Below are positions 1 to 12,800 of a stretch of 64,000 nt of DNA, in pieces (within the stretch, counting starts at the first letter, position 1; the number at the start of each line of letters is the position of its first letter). The notes beneath the pieces are model-generated. The model had not been told where the DNA came from. It did not search any database and saw nothing but the letters and a program-made list of their open reading frames with translations. The DNA comes from Callorhinchus milii (taxonomy: Eukaryota), in assembly GCF_018977255.1 (NCBI RefSeq), contig NW_024704752.1, forward strand, positions 8,370,001 through 8,434,000, read 5' to 3'. The position numbers were made by a program, and so were the translations under genes.

Positions 1-676
1 TACATTCGGGTTTTAACTTGGAAATTTGCGCCTGCAGAAAAACAGCTTCCAAATGGGATTGAAGAATTTTCCAAAGTTCTGCAGTCTTAAATTTAAAGGC
101 AACAGTTGTAAGTCTAAGACCAGATGGACCTTCGGGCCTCAAGGGATGGAATCCAGGCATATTTTCCGCCCCCCACCTCCCACAGATGCTGAGGCCAGCT
201 GTGACACTCTACAGTTACCACTTTATCTGAGATCATCAAACAGTGTTAGGAGAGCTGAAACCTGGGAACTACCTGTGACATTGGAAAGTACAATTTAGCA
301 CTGAATTATCAGTGAAGCCCAGATGAAAAGCCTGTCCCCTCCACAGCCCATGCGCAATCTAATCATAACCAACACATTTTATTTCCCGAGGGGAAGTTCT
401 ACACAGACACTCACTGCTGACAAACATCTACCGTATTCAACCTCAGCCTCCTGACATCCAAATAAAATGCTCCCCCCACTCCACACCATAAACCCACAGC
501 AATATAGAAACAATCAGATCTTGTGGCATATTTTCTGATCCAAGATTGGGCATAGGCCCTAACCAGGAAGGTAAAGGAAGGAGCTGAGACACCAAAACAA
601 AGTAGGTTGCAAAGAATTTGGGATTCAGTTCATTTCATGTTGTTCACTGATAGATAAAAGACCAAAAGACACAAAC

Positions 677-805
677 CGTCTTCACAAAACTCTCCGGCAA
701 TCCCAGGTGGGCAACGGCAGCTTCCTGTGGCCGCATCGCACGAGCCTCCGTTCTGACACCGGCAGATGCTGTTGCAGTCCTTTCCGTAGGTGCCCTTAGG
801 GCAGG
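677..805 (-). CDS. MEGF6: MEGF6 exon 15 (129 bp), EGF/laminin-EGF-like repeat [43 protein letters not shown]
   Basis: ttcccag| acceptor, |GTTTGT donor, phase 1-1, eight-Cys MEGF repeat. Confidence 0.93.
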
Positions 806-3800
806 CTGGGAATAGGAAGTGATAACAGTAGTCGAATGAGCTGCTGGAATCTTTTTAACATGAAGGAACTTCAATGAAGTGAAATGGACACAGCTCAGCC
901 CAGACGAAGATAGCAAGTGAGGCTGTATGGTCACACTCAAACTAGGACACATGTCTGCACAGCCATAGGCATCGGCTCAGTTACTGCGTGACCACACTTT
1001 CAGGTGGATGTGCTTTTGATTCCTGAGGCCTTGCAATAGTCTTTCCTTCCTGTTCATTTCCAAGAGCCAGGCCATGCTCCTGTGCTACAAATTCTTGGTA
1101 CCAAATAGGTGTGTTGTGTCTACATTAGCTTCCATATTATAATCTATGGTACATCCTATCCTGGTTGTGTTGTGTCTCTGTGGCTTCCTCTACCATTCTA
1201 AGGGATTCCCATCTTCTATTCGCAGCTTGAATGTCGATAACAGGATAATAGAGGGAAATAAAGTTTGGAGATTTGAACTCATGGAGAGTGAAGCAAAGAT
1301 GTGAATTATGTGACCAACTGCAATCAAACTGTAAAAGAGTTAGATGTGTTTCAGGAAGAAGTAAACTGACTCTGGTTACAGGTGAGGCCGCTCCATCCCC
1401 CAGGACAGTCACATCCGTTGCTTTCAGCGTTGCAAACTCCTCCATTCACACAGTCATCACAGCTCAGGCTGCAGTCGTTCCCAAACGTGTTATCCAAGCA
1501 GACTGTGAATTGACGCAAATAAAGGATTTACAACAAACCAGTAAATGTCTGACAATCGAGCTCAACGCTGTCTGCTGAACACCCCTCAACAAAAAAAACT
1601 CATACAGGAATACTCCAACACCTTGCCCATTATTCATGCAAGAGTTTGACAGTGAGTCAAGGTATCCCAATTGCTGTCCTGCCTAATGGGTGAATTTTGT
1701 CAATTCAGTCTTTACTCGAAAAATTTTTATTTTTACCTCCAAAACTGGCTTCCAGATCAAGACAAGACTGATTGTCTAAAATTTTGCATCAGCTTCAAGT
1801 TTAAATATAAAATGGTCCAACAGTCTCAGGCTAAGTGGAATTGGGGACCTGGTACGTACTGATTTTGTGCATGAGTCGCAGTTCGTCCCTCAGATCCTCT
1901 TGTACAGATGTGTTAAGGAGGTTCTGTAGTGTAGAAGCTGTGGTGGGGTTCTGAACAAGAGATCTCGGAATTTAGCCAGCTCGATCTCTTCCTCCAGCTC
2001 CTCATCTTCATCATCATCAAGAGCTGAGGAAAGAGAAACATCACATTAAAGGCAGCCAGCTACGGAGTCCTGAGGTCCAGGCCTCCCCCAGGGTCTATCT
2101 TCTGCATAGGACCATCTCCACTCAACTCACGGGAACAGCTTTTTCTGTCGGCCTCCAGCCTGTATCCTCCTGGACACGTGCACCAGTATGATCCGACTGT
2201 GTTAATACACAGATGGTCACAGCCACCACTGTCTGCTGAGCATTCATCTACATCTATTTGTGAAGAGAAGCAAAAGAGAGCGGGTTAGACAGAATGGGCT
2301 AGCTCCTGGGTGCGCTGGGGAGGAGGGGGGTATGGACTTACCCAGGCACGGTGGGAGAACACAGAGTATGGTGGGAGGGCACTCAAATGCCCCAAGTACT
2401 ATGTAAGGCATAAGAGCAAAGACTGGTGTGTGTATATTCAGCTGCTGCGAATTTATTCGCTTCCAATCAATTGGTTGGTGGAACAGTCCAAGACTGATTA
2501 AGTGATAATTTTTCAATACTATTAAAGAGCCAATCTGTTGAATCAAGCTCACAAGACCTCAGGACCCTTTCCATAAATCAGCAAAAGGTTTTTGTCTCCT
2601 CAGTTTGCAGTACAACAGAGCCCAAAATCCAGAGAATCCAAGTTTCAGACAAAACATCGACCATCTACACGACACAGTTCCCATCTTGTTTCCCTTTTTG
2701 ACTTGAGATTACCCTAGAGATCAGTCTGTTTCCATTATAGACAGAATCTGTTGCTGAATCCTGTTTGACATGTGAACGGCTGGGAGGAGCTGAGGACGGG
2801 GCAATATTGTGACACAAAGTATCTCGTTTGAACCTTGGAAGCTCAGTTTATCAAGCTCCAATCTGTTGGGTTTGAATCCCAGTAATAATAATAATCCTTG
2901 CATTTGCTATAGCACCTTTCACATCTTCTAGACAGTAGAGTCCATTCAGGACTTCATTACTGTTGGGTCTGTTGGACGTTCAAACAAAGTTGCCAGTTTT
3001 AATAAATGTGAATCATTGAGTAATGAAATAACATTTGGTGGAACTGACTGAGAAGCACAGCTTGGCACAGACCAATGGGTTAGGGCCTTTCACTCTCACT
3101 ATACCGTCACAGCTGCATCCATCCATGTTCAACCTGTATCCTGCCCGGCAGCTACACTCATAACCACCGGGATTATTACTGCAGTCCTGGGCACAGCAGG
3201 CCACCCGAGTCTCACACTCATTTGAATCTGCAAGAGATCAGAGAACGAAGAGCAAGTAAAATCACAATAACCTGAATCTCATCTACAGCAATAAGTGACT
3301 ATCACTCAAATATATATCCGCAACAGACACATATCGTAGGGTCAGTTAATCACACAGCTAATCACATTAGCCAGCGACAGGACTTCACTACACAAAAAAA
3401 GGTCTCCAAAAGTCTATCTCATGAGGTAAAATAAATAGGCGAAGGAAGGAGTCAGAGCTGCCCGTTGTGCAGTGGAATGGGAGTGGATAAAAATTGCACA
3501 GACAGAGAACTGATCTGTTACACAAGCTTCAAAAAAAAGTTTGCGGGAGGTTTTACTCTTGGCCATGGTGGGTACCTAGGCACGTGCGTGAGTCCGAGTC
3601 GAGGAGGTATCCTTGGTTACAAGAGCAGCGCGGTCCGTAGGTTGTGTGCTCGCAGTGGTGAGAGCAGCCACCATTCTCTTTGTCACAGCTGTTTACAATC
3701 TCCATCTCAATGCCTGTTGGGGTTTGAGGGGAGGAGTGGGATTGGGAGAAGGAGGGAAGAAAGAGGAAAGAAAGAGGAAAGTGAGCATAAAATGAGAGGA

Positions 3801-6800
3801 TGAGCTGATTGCACCACGTTTGTGGGACACTGCTGTGCGCAATTGGCTGCCGCGTATCATTCACACAATATACAATCAATTCACTTTACAGTATATTCTG
3901 TGAAGCGCTTTGAGATGTCTCGAAGATGTGATAAGGCGCTATATCAAATGGAAGGATTATTATTTATTATTAGTGTAACCACAAACCAGTGCCTACCAGT
4001 GGAATGTCAGCCATTGCATCTAATTTATTTACACTGTTATGCGCATTGTTCCTCCTGCTCCCTGTAGCCTCACTGTGTGTCACCACTGTTTCTGGCTCGA
4101 TTTCATCTTCTCACCTACTCTTTCCAACATTCTGTCCTGTACTGTCAATCTTGATCGCTCGCCTGCATTTGTTTAAACCGTCACTACATGGTGTAATTAC
4201 TTATGAAATGTTTTGAGATGTTTCAACATCATAAGCACTGTAAAACTGCAAGTTCTTTCTTTCTCAATAATTTTTTTCTTCTTTTAAAATAACTTTTACT
4301 GCAGTTGCTCCCTCTGGAGGCCACTGGAATCCTGTTCACAATAGCCATTTCATCTTCCACTTTGTTTGTCCTTGTGGAACATTATGAATCAATACAGTGT
4401 CACTAGGAAGAGAGGAGAGGGGAAGATGGGTCCTGCTTTATTGAGGTTATATACTGGAGGTTATATCACAAAATGAGCAATAACAAAGTCCCACCATTGC
4501 TTTAAACCACACAGACTGTCCTTAACAACAAATGCCTCATTATGAGAGAGTAAAGGCACAGAACGGGAAGCTCGGTGCTTAACCACATGTCAATTCCACA
4601 CCTTATTGCTCCACTTACGGTAACACTGTTTCCCATCAGCTCCCATCTCAAATCCAGGATTACAGACACAGCTGTACGATCCCAGAACATTGACACAGCG
4701 ATGAGCACACATTGCAATTCCCGTGAGACACTCGTCGATATCTGTAGGAGGAAGGCCAGAGGAGAAGACATCCAATCAAATTCCATCAGCAGCAAAATAT
4801 CCCAAAGAGCAACCTATTCCTTCTCAGCAGCCATAGAGACAATGATAAGGCTGCAAAGTCAGTCGGCTCTTTAAACCAACACTTTGCTAGGGTGACAATC
4901 CTGGGCAGCGTCTTGCTCAAGGGACTGTTTCAGAAACAGCAAAGACCATGATTGAGCCCAGGGTCTGGTGATTCCATGATGTCCGTTTGCCAAGCAAGGG
5001 CCAAACACTTACTCACAGGCAGTTGCGAATTCAACCATTAGAGGGCTGATGGTTCTATTAAAGCTGTGGATCCTACAATATGAATCAAGCCCTTTCATCC
5101 TTATTCTATTGATGCCGCTCTCTAATAGTAATCCCTTGCTTTGTCTCACGAGACGGAACCAGGAGAGAGAACAGCGCTGAATTCTGGCTCTGATAACAGC
5201 CCATGCCCAGGCAGCTCACTGATGCCCCACACAGACACCTGGAGCTTGACAGTTTCGTACCATCACATGTTTTCCCATTTGCCGTCAGTTGATACCCGGG
5301 ATTGCAGTTACATTGTGCCGTTCCATCTTCACTGTGGCAGATGTGCTCGCAGCCACCATTCTGATCACTACACGGATCCTTCACTGGCAATGAAAGAAAG
5401 TGCCAGTGGTCATTTCTGAATTAGCATCAGTTAACACTCTGCTGGCTGTAACACACTCACTCACCGTTTTAACTAATACATACACTGTTGTAAGACAGCA
5501 ACAACAATTTACACTTAAATAGCACCTTTCACCTATAAAATGTCTCCATAGCACTTTACAAAGGCAGAGTTGGAGTTGGGAGATTGAAGGATCTGTCATG
5601 ACATAACAAACTGGTGGAACAGGTTTGAATGTCCTGTCCACCTCCTGTTCTGTTCTATTATGTTTGTAATTATTTATTTCATGCTGGGATCTGACAGCCA
5701 AAAGTCAGAGGAGACTTCCATCACACCAACTTGAGCTGCCGTCAAACCTAGTTGGCAGAGCTAAAACCCGGGATATTTATTATTCTCTTTGGTTACCGAA
5801 AGGGAAATTGGCCCAGTTTGGTGTGGCCTTGTCAATGCCATTTTAGACAGTGCAAACACAAAAATCATGTCAATATCGTGTGCACCGATCATTAAAAAAA
5901 AACCTTTGTAAAGGGAATTTCAGACTCTGATGGGGACAAGTCTTCAAAAATTCTGCCCAACTTCAAACATTTTGGACAAACAATACCTCCTACTGAACTG
6001 CTGCCACGCTCTTGCCTTACATTCACAATGCTTCCCATCTCTCTGCAGCTGGTAGTTTGCTGGGCATTTGCACAGGTAATGGTCGTCGCTGATCTGCACG
6101 CACTCCCATTCACATCCGCCATTGTTTAGCGAGCAGGAATTTACAGCTGATGGGGAGGAGACAGAAAAGAGAAACTTAATTTAAACTCACCATTTCTGAC
6201 CTAAAATAGGCAGTCGCCTACAAAAATGCAGAGTAACTGCAGTTTATAGTGAATCCTGTGAAGGAAGTCCTTTGAGACATCTTCCTAATGTGAAAGGCTC
6301 TATATTAAATGCAAGGATTATTGATGCATTTCTCCCTCCTCCAATATAACACAATCTCTGGGAGTCTGAATATTCAGGTACAAAGCACTTCATCTTCATT
6401 GTAACACGTGGAGTCCTGTAGCTCAGTGGTTAGAGCACTCGCTTTGCAAGTGAGAGACCTGAGTTCAATTCCAGGCAGAGGGCGAAACCTTGGGCAAGTT
6501 TCCTTACTCCACACGCCTAATAATAATCCCTCCAAAAAAACAAAAACAATAATAAATTGGTCATTTTCAATCTACGACTGTTTGTGGGACATTGCTGTGC
6601 GCAATTGGCTGCCGCGTTCGCCCACAAATATACAGTCAATTCACTTTACAGTCTATTCTGTGAAGCGCTTTGGGACGTCCTCCCGACGTGAAAAGCGCTA
6701 TATCAAATGCAAGGATTATTATTATTATTATTATTATTATTAACACTCTCCTGTGGTTGGAGGAGGAAAGAGAGAGCGACAGGGAATACTTATAAGATGG

Positions 6801-9800
6801 TTGCAGAGAGAGAGGAGAAAGAAAGGGATGGCATGAGTCAATCGCAACACCAATGATCTTTTTTTTAATTATGTGTTTATAACAAATTTATACAAACAAA
6901 TCACGAGATCCCTTAAGAAGTTGAAAACTATTCACCCCCCCCCCCCCCCCCAAAGAATTAAAGGCTGCCTTCAAGGAGTTGTGCCAGACTGCAATTAAGT
7001 GCAAACAGCGTTAAATAACAATTTAGCTCTCATACCAGTCTCTTCTCTAAAACTGCTGTGACCTTTGATTCCAGATTACTGCTTGTTTGTTGAAATGGAA
7101 AATTCTGGGATTATTCCCTTCCTCCCATTCCCCCATCCCCCCCTGCTTCCCGCTTTCCCAGAGAATCAGCCTAGTATCTGCTTTCCCGTGAAGACTTTGT
7201 GGCTCTGTCTCCTGCAGAAAAATGGGATGTTGTCTCTGTGTTCTGCACCTGCCACTCACATTAGCACCTATCCACCAAAAGCCAGATAAGCATCAAGGCA
7301 TTAGGGGGTTAGCACGAGAAGTATGAAGGGTGTGAAAGGTGAATAGCCAGCCAGGACTATTCACTTGTGGCTTTTGGGCTTGGGGATGTAACACCCCCAC
7401 CTCCCCCACAGCAACATAGATTTCAAACAGACAGTGTGAGGATTATAAAACACACTGAGGGCAAAGGTGACTGATGAACGACGTGAAACACAAGCTACAT
7501 TTCTTTTCACTCAACCTCTTGGGGTCAACTGTGTTCAGTGCTGAAGATTTGTTAGATTACATGTGGTGCAATAGCAACGGGGGAGGGGGGGGTGGAGAAA
7601 GAGTTTCAAATCTCCATCCCGTGTTCCCGTGTTTGCTTTGCTTCTCCACTTTCCTAAGCCATGTGATTATGGCTATTTACTTAATTGTACGACTATCTCA
7701 TCTACCTGTCTAGATAAAGAAGTTAATAATTATATTTATTTCCCTTCTCCCTTTCCTCTCCTGAAGCTACCAACTGAAGCTGGACTAGGCACTCCCTGAT
7801 TCTTTTACTCAAGTGACTATTTCTCTTGGTGTTGAGATGCTACCCTGCGCGTGAGGCGCTATATTCATAGAATGTTACGGCACAGAAGGAGGTCATTCGG
7901 CCCCTCGTTGTTGTTAAATGCATAAAATGCAGTCAACAACTGCTGGTCTTCTCCAGACCTCAAAGCTCCATTTATCTGCTATTTTTTGTGGGAATCTGTT
8001 GTGTCAGATTGGAAAGAAGATCGTTTCAACCTCTAGTCAAACCTTGGGTAAATCTGTGCCAAACATATAGAGTATAACTGCAGCCAGCTATATTGCCACT
8101 CAGGCAATACTGTACCTAATAATACCTATAGACTTCTTCTATATCTCTGCTCCATGGTGCACACAACTGATGAGTTCAGTGCAGTTAGACCATGAATTTG
8201 GCTGACCACTTACTAATGCAAGTGCGACCGTCCGCATGGATCCTATACCCAGCCTCGCACTCGCAGTAGAATGAGCTTTGGGTGTTCACGCAGCTCTGTT
8301 GGCAGCCTCCATTGACCGCGGTACACTCGTCCACATCTATTAAAGAAACAATATTCAGGCACCTGCCAAGCTCAAACAGTTTTAGAGAATTTTTTTCCCT
8401 TTGGGGGAAGATGCTTGGGTGATGCTCTAGAAAGCAGGAGAGTACTGTAAGAAAGAGGATGGTATAAATCAAATGGATGGTTTGGGAGAGCATAAAGAAA
8501 GGGAAGTATGGTGGTTGGAGGCTATCAGTCACAACGCCCCCACTCGCTGAAAATCACTCCCACAATCCCTTTACGTTAGTCGTCTCCACACCTTCCAAAT
8601 CCCCTTAAAAACCTTCTAATGACCATGAATTTGATGAACATCCTTCCATTCTCCTTCCGTTCCTTCTTGTTCGGTGCTCCCTATCTGTAAGTGCAAGCTG
8701 TTGAACGAAGCCAAGCTAGAGCTGTAAACACTTGTAGATTCTGTTTGTGAAAAGCTAAAAGTAAAGAATAGGTTAGGAGCTTAGGGGCATTTCAAGCTCT
8801 CAGCTTCTATGCCTCCTTCCTGACCCTTTCTTTAGTTGTAAGTCAATTGGTTCAGGTTCTTCCGATTTGAAATCAAACAAAAAAAGATATATTAACTGGG
8901 ACTGACTGGTTAAGTTAGGACTGCCATGTTATATAGAGTAAGGCGCAACAGAAGAATACTCCCTGTTGTACCATTGTGATATCAGGCATCCCTCATAACA
9001 TAACCAAGGCACTGTAACCCAACCATCTGCAGTCTTTACGATGTGCTTTTGGCTATTAAAAAAACTGTTCTAAGATGCACCTGTTGGACTTTACAAGATT
9101 CTTTTATTTAGTATTTTTTTCATGTTGGCTCAACGGTTGCCTTCACCCGCAGTGCTGATGTGAGGTCCATCACAAAATGGTGCAGGGTGGGTGTGAACAT
9201 GAATTGGGGCAGTCACTTGCTCTCAGAGCATATTGTTCAGGTCAGTGGAGTTGAGGAGCAAAGGGCAGAGAGAAATTCAAGTGCCCCTAGAAGAGGCAAA
9301 AACAGCGGTCATAAAAAATGGTCTGTTCCATACTCCGCACTCCCCATTTCCTACAACAGGAAATGATTGTTTGTAGCACATTAGTCTTGTCTTTTGAGGA
9401 TCATATGTATACAGTTCTGGTGAAACAGAAAGCACAGAGCCAAACTGTTCTGCTACAGTTCCAGACTTGTCTCAAGCTCCATAACTCTCAGAACTGAAAT
9501 ATCTGGCATCACATTTCGGAAAAAATCCCCTCCAACCACCGGCTGTTTGGAAATGAAACATGTCCCTTTGGAAAACCCTCAGCTTTACCATTTGTATAAT
9601 AGGTTAAACAGGAGTTCTCAACGGCTGCTTAATAGTTTACATCCTTCAATGATACTAAAGGAGTCAAAAATAAACCTGGAAGTGTGAGTGCAGGCTGTAC
9701 ATAGGAGCAGGGAAACCAGCCAGAAACAGACTCCGGGTCCTCGCCAGACCAGAGTCTCCACTAGAGACACTGTAATGAAGTTGGGGACCTGTACGCACGT

Positions 9801-12800
9801 GTCTGCACAAACAAGCTGAGTGTTTGAGTGGATATAGCACAGGCCTAGGAATATGAATAAACTTCAGAAATTTTAGAAGAGAGGAAAGTGCCTGTAAGTT
9901 GATCTTGATTGATCTTAACCCCACTTTCTCATCATCTTTTCTTTAATCTCTTCTCTGAAGCCCAGGCAACAACAACAACAACAACAAATTGCATTTCTAT
10001 AGCAACTTCCCTATTAGGAGGATTTTCCAAAATGCAGGATAGTTGAGGGTTTGCACCCGAGCTGGAGCTTGGAATCAAAAGGAGTGTAGGGCAAGGGAGT
10101 GGGAGGATAGCCGAAGGCACAGTCAAAGAGGAAGGTCTTGAGACAAAGGCCTTGAAGGGAGCAAGAATTGTGGCGAGACGAAGGGACTTCAGGATGCAGT
10201 TCGAGAAGATGGGGGAAGCCAGGCTGAAGGCTCGACCGTTAATTGTGGGGCAGATATGGAGTAGTCCAGTATCCGCTGAGCGGAAGGAGTGGGCAGGTTG
10301 GCAAGGCTTTAGCAAGTCACATCTCTATCTCTAGCAGAGTCTTGCTTATAGGGAGTTTACTGTAGTTATTCATTTCATGACTGTTTATGGAACTTTGCTG
10401 TGTGCAAATAGACTGATGGGTTCACTTACAAACAGACAGTCACTACACTATCCTCCCCAGTCTTACCTTCACAGGACAGGCCGTCAGTGCCAAGCCGGTA
10501 CCCCCCTGAACACTTGCAGTAGTAGCTGCCAATGGTATTGCAGCATTCCTCCTGACAGCCACCATTCCCTCTCACACACTCGTTCACGTCTGTATAAGGG
10601 AGAAACAAATAACAACTCAGTTATGATAAATCCTCCCCCCCAACCCACAACACTACTGTGTACAGGGGAAAGCAAGGTGATATGTACAGCTGAATCGAAA
10701 TGTGTCCTTGCCTGATGTACGCACCCGGTTTCCAGCAAGGAGAGCCTGTGGATAGCCAAGGAGAAGAGAAACCCTAGCTGTTCATTTCTGCCCTCCTTTG
10801 CCCACGGTACTGCTGTGCACAATTGGCTGCTGCATTTCACCCGCAAAACACAGGCAATTCACTTTACTATATATTCCGTGCTTTGAGACACCTCAACAAC
10901 ATGATAAAACGCTATGTCAAATGCAAAGATTATATTATTATTCTACACCAATTATTCATACAGATTCCCAAGTGAACAACTTGCCTTTAGTGCTGCAAAA
11001 TGGGTAACAACAACAACAACAAGATTCCATTTATAGAGCGCCTTTCACGTCGGGAGGACATCCCAAGGTGCTGGACAGTTGGGTCAGGACCCGAGCAGGG
11101 GGGAAATGGTCAGGCTGAGGGGAGGGAAGGGAAGTGGTGCTGTTCCCTCCAGAGCAGCAAAGTGTATCTCTACAGAGGTACAGTCTCCGCATATCCACAC
11201 AGGGCAGAACATGCACCTGCAACCTGGTCAGTTAGCCAGGGCAGTTGTACGTTGTAGCCTCCTGTAAGGTACATCAGAACAAAGTGTGTGGCTGGGTTAA
11301 GAAGAAGCTGAGAGGTCATGAAGCACAAATCCTTTGTAGCCTTTCACCTCCCTTCCCCCTGAGCCCACCTGCACCTGTAGCCTTTGAAGCCAGGAGGTCT
11401 CGGAATTGAGACAAAGGAGGCACATTGTCGACAAGCTTTTGGCTTTCGGTTCCATAAAAATTTGAAGAAAAAGGAAATGAATTCATGTCAATTCCAGTCC
11501 GGTACAGGAGGCAACGCAGGAAGTGAATAATTACGCCGTTATGTGGCCGACAACTAATCACCTCATCATTGTGCTGGCTGCCTCACCGGGGACAAAGACT
11601 TCTATTTCCCGTCATTACTCCGGGAGCGCAGAGCGATGGCAACAGGGGAGGAATAAATAACCGTCTTAGCTCTAAAACACGAGCCAGCGAGGAACATCTG
11701 CCAGATCCATTGCATCAATGCGAGAGAAACCAATCCACAACGTACACATACTCCAGCTGGGACCAATGTCTCCAAATTCAACATTACCTCCTTGTTCTTG
11801 TGTTCAAATATAAAATTTAGAATCCCAGTTGTTTTTTATGATCTTGTTCCCCATGTTCTTCCATACTTTGGGGGCCTGGGGACCTTGGATACAGGAGTTC
11901 CATTTAATAATCAATGAATGGAAATCCCAACCTCCCTCCTCCCACTTATCCGTATGTTAGCTATATTCCATTTACTGACCTTGAGAGGTTAAACGTGGTA
12001 TAATTTCTGTAATGTACACATTGTCTTCTCAAGTAATATTGAGAATATACTCAATTTATCATGTTGAAACAACTCAAAATGTTTACCAGTAGTTAGTAAC
12101 TTTTTTTATATATAGGCAAACATATCTACCAGCAGCAAGGACCCACAAGGAATTCCCTTCTCTTTTCCAATAGTGTCAAGGGACAGTAAACTGAACAGGC
12201 AAACAGGTTCTTAGATTTAACATCTTAGCCAAAGAATGAAATCCATGACAAGGCAGTCCTCCCTCAATAATTCACTGAAGTGCCAAGCTAGAATATGATC
12301 TCAAGACCCAATATGGGACTTGAATCCCCACCTTGGTGAGTGCTACCAACTAAGCTGAGCTCAAAGTTAGATGAGGGGCTAAGGTCCACAGTGCTAGTCA
12401 GTAATAAGGTTGAGAAGAACAGGGAGCACAAATCAAAAAGTAGTGGTTAGGTTGAGTCAATGCTCATCCAATAGAACAACAACTTGTATTTAAATAACGC
12501 CTGTCACACCTGGACGACAGATACCTGTACAACACAAAGCTGTAGCACGTCACCACACCAGAAGCATGGATACAAAGTCATTTTGTCAAAATTCTTTAAT
12601 GTTATCTTATGTGAAAGGCACTACATACATCAGTGCAAGTAGTTTTTGTTCCCGTCCCACTGGATTTCAGCAGCTGATTTTGTAGATGTTTAAATTACAT
12701 TCTTAAATTAAATTACATTCCTCACAAACCAAAGAATCTCAGAACTCAGCGGAAGGTTCCATTTGTTCCCATATTAATCTGTTGGACCTATTGTTTCCTA

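Noticed and set aside
6411-6485. tRNA-Ala(TGC)-like cloverleaf (also at 12851, 25315, 35808, 37967, 56978)
   Set aside because: Each is the head of a SINE, followed by the same body and LINE-like tail, and the acceptor stem is poor. Not a tRNA gene.
6408-6743. Repeated '[14 protein letters not shown]...KCKDYYYY' ORF family
   Set aside because: Translation of SINE copies; the poly-Tyr comes from the (TTA)n tail.
11146-11262. Cys-rich stretch behind a ccttacag acceptor as a further MEGF6 exon
   Set aside because: No EGF cysteine spacing, stop codons in the frames I checked, and no convincing donor.
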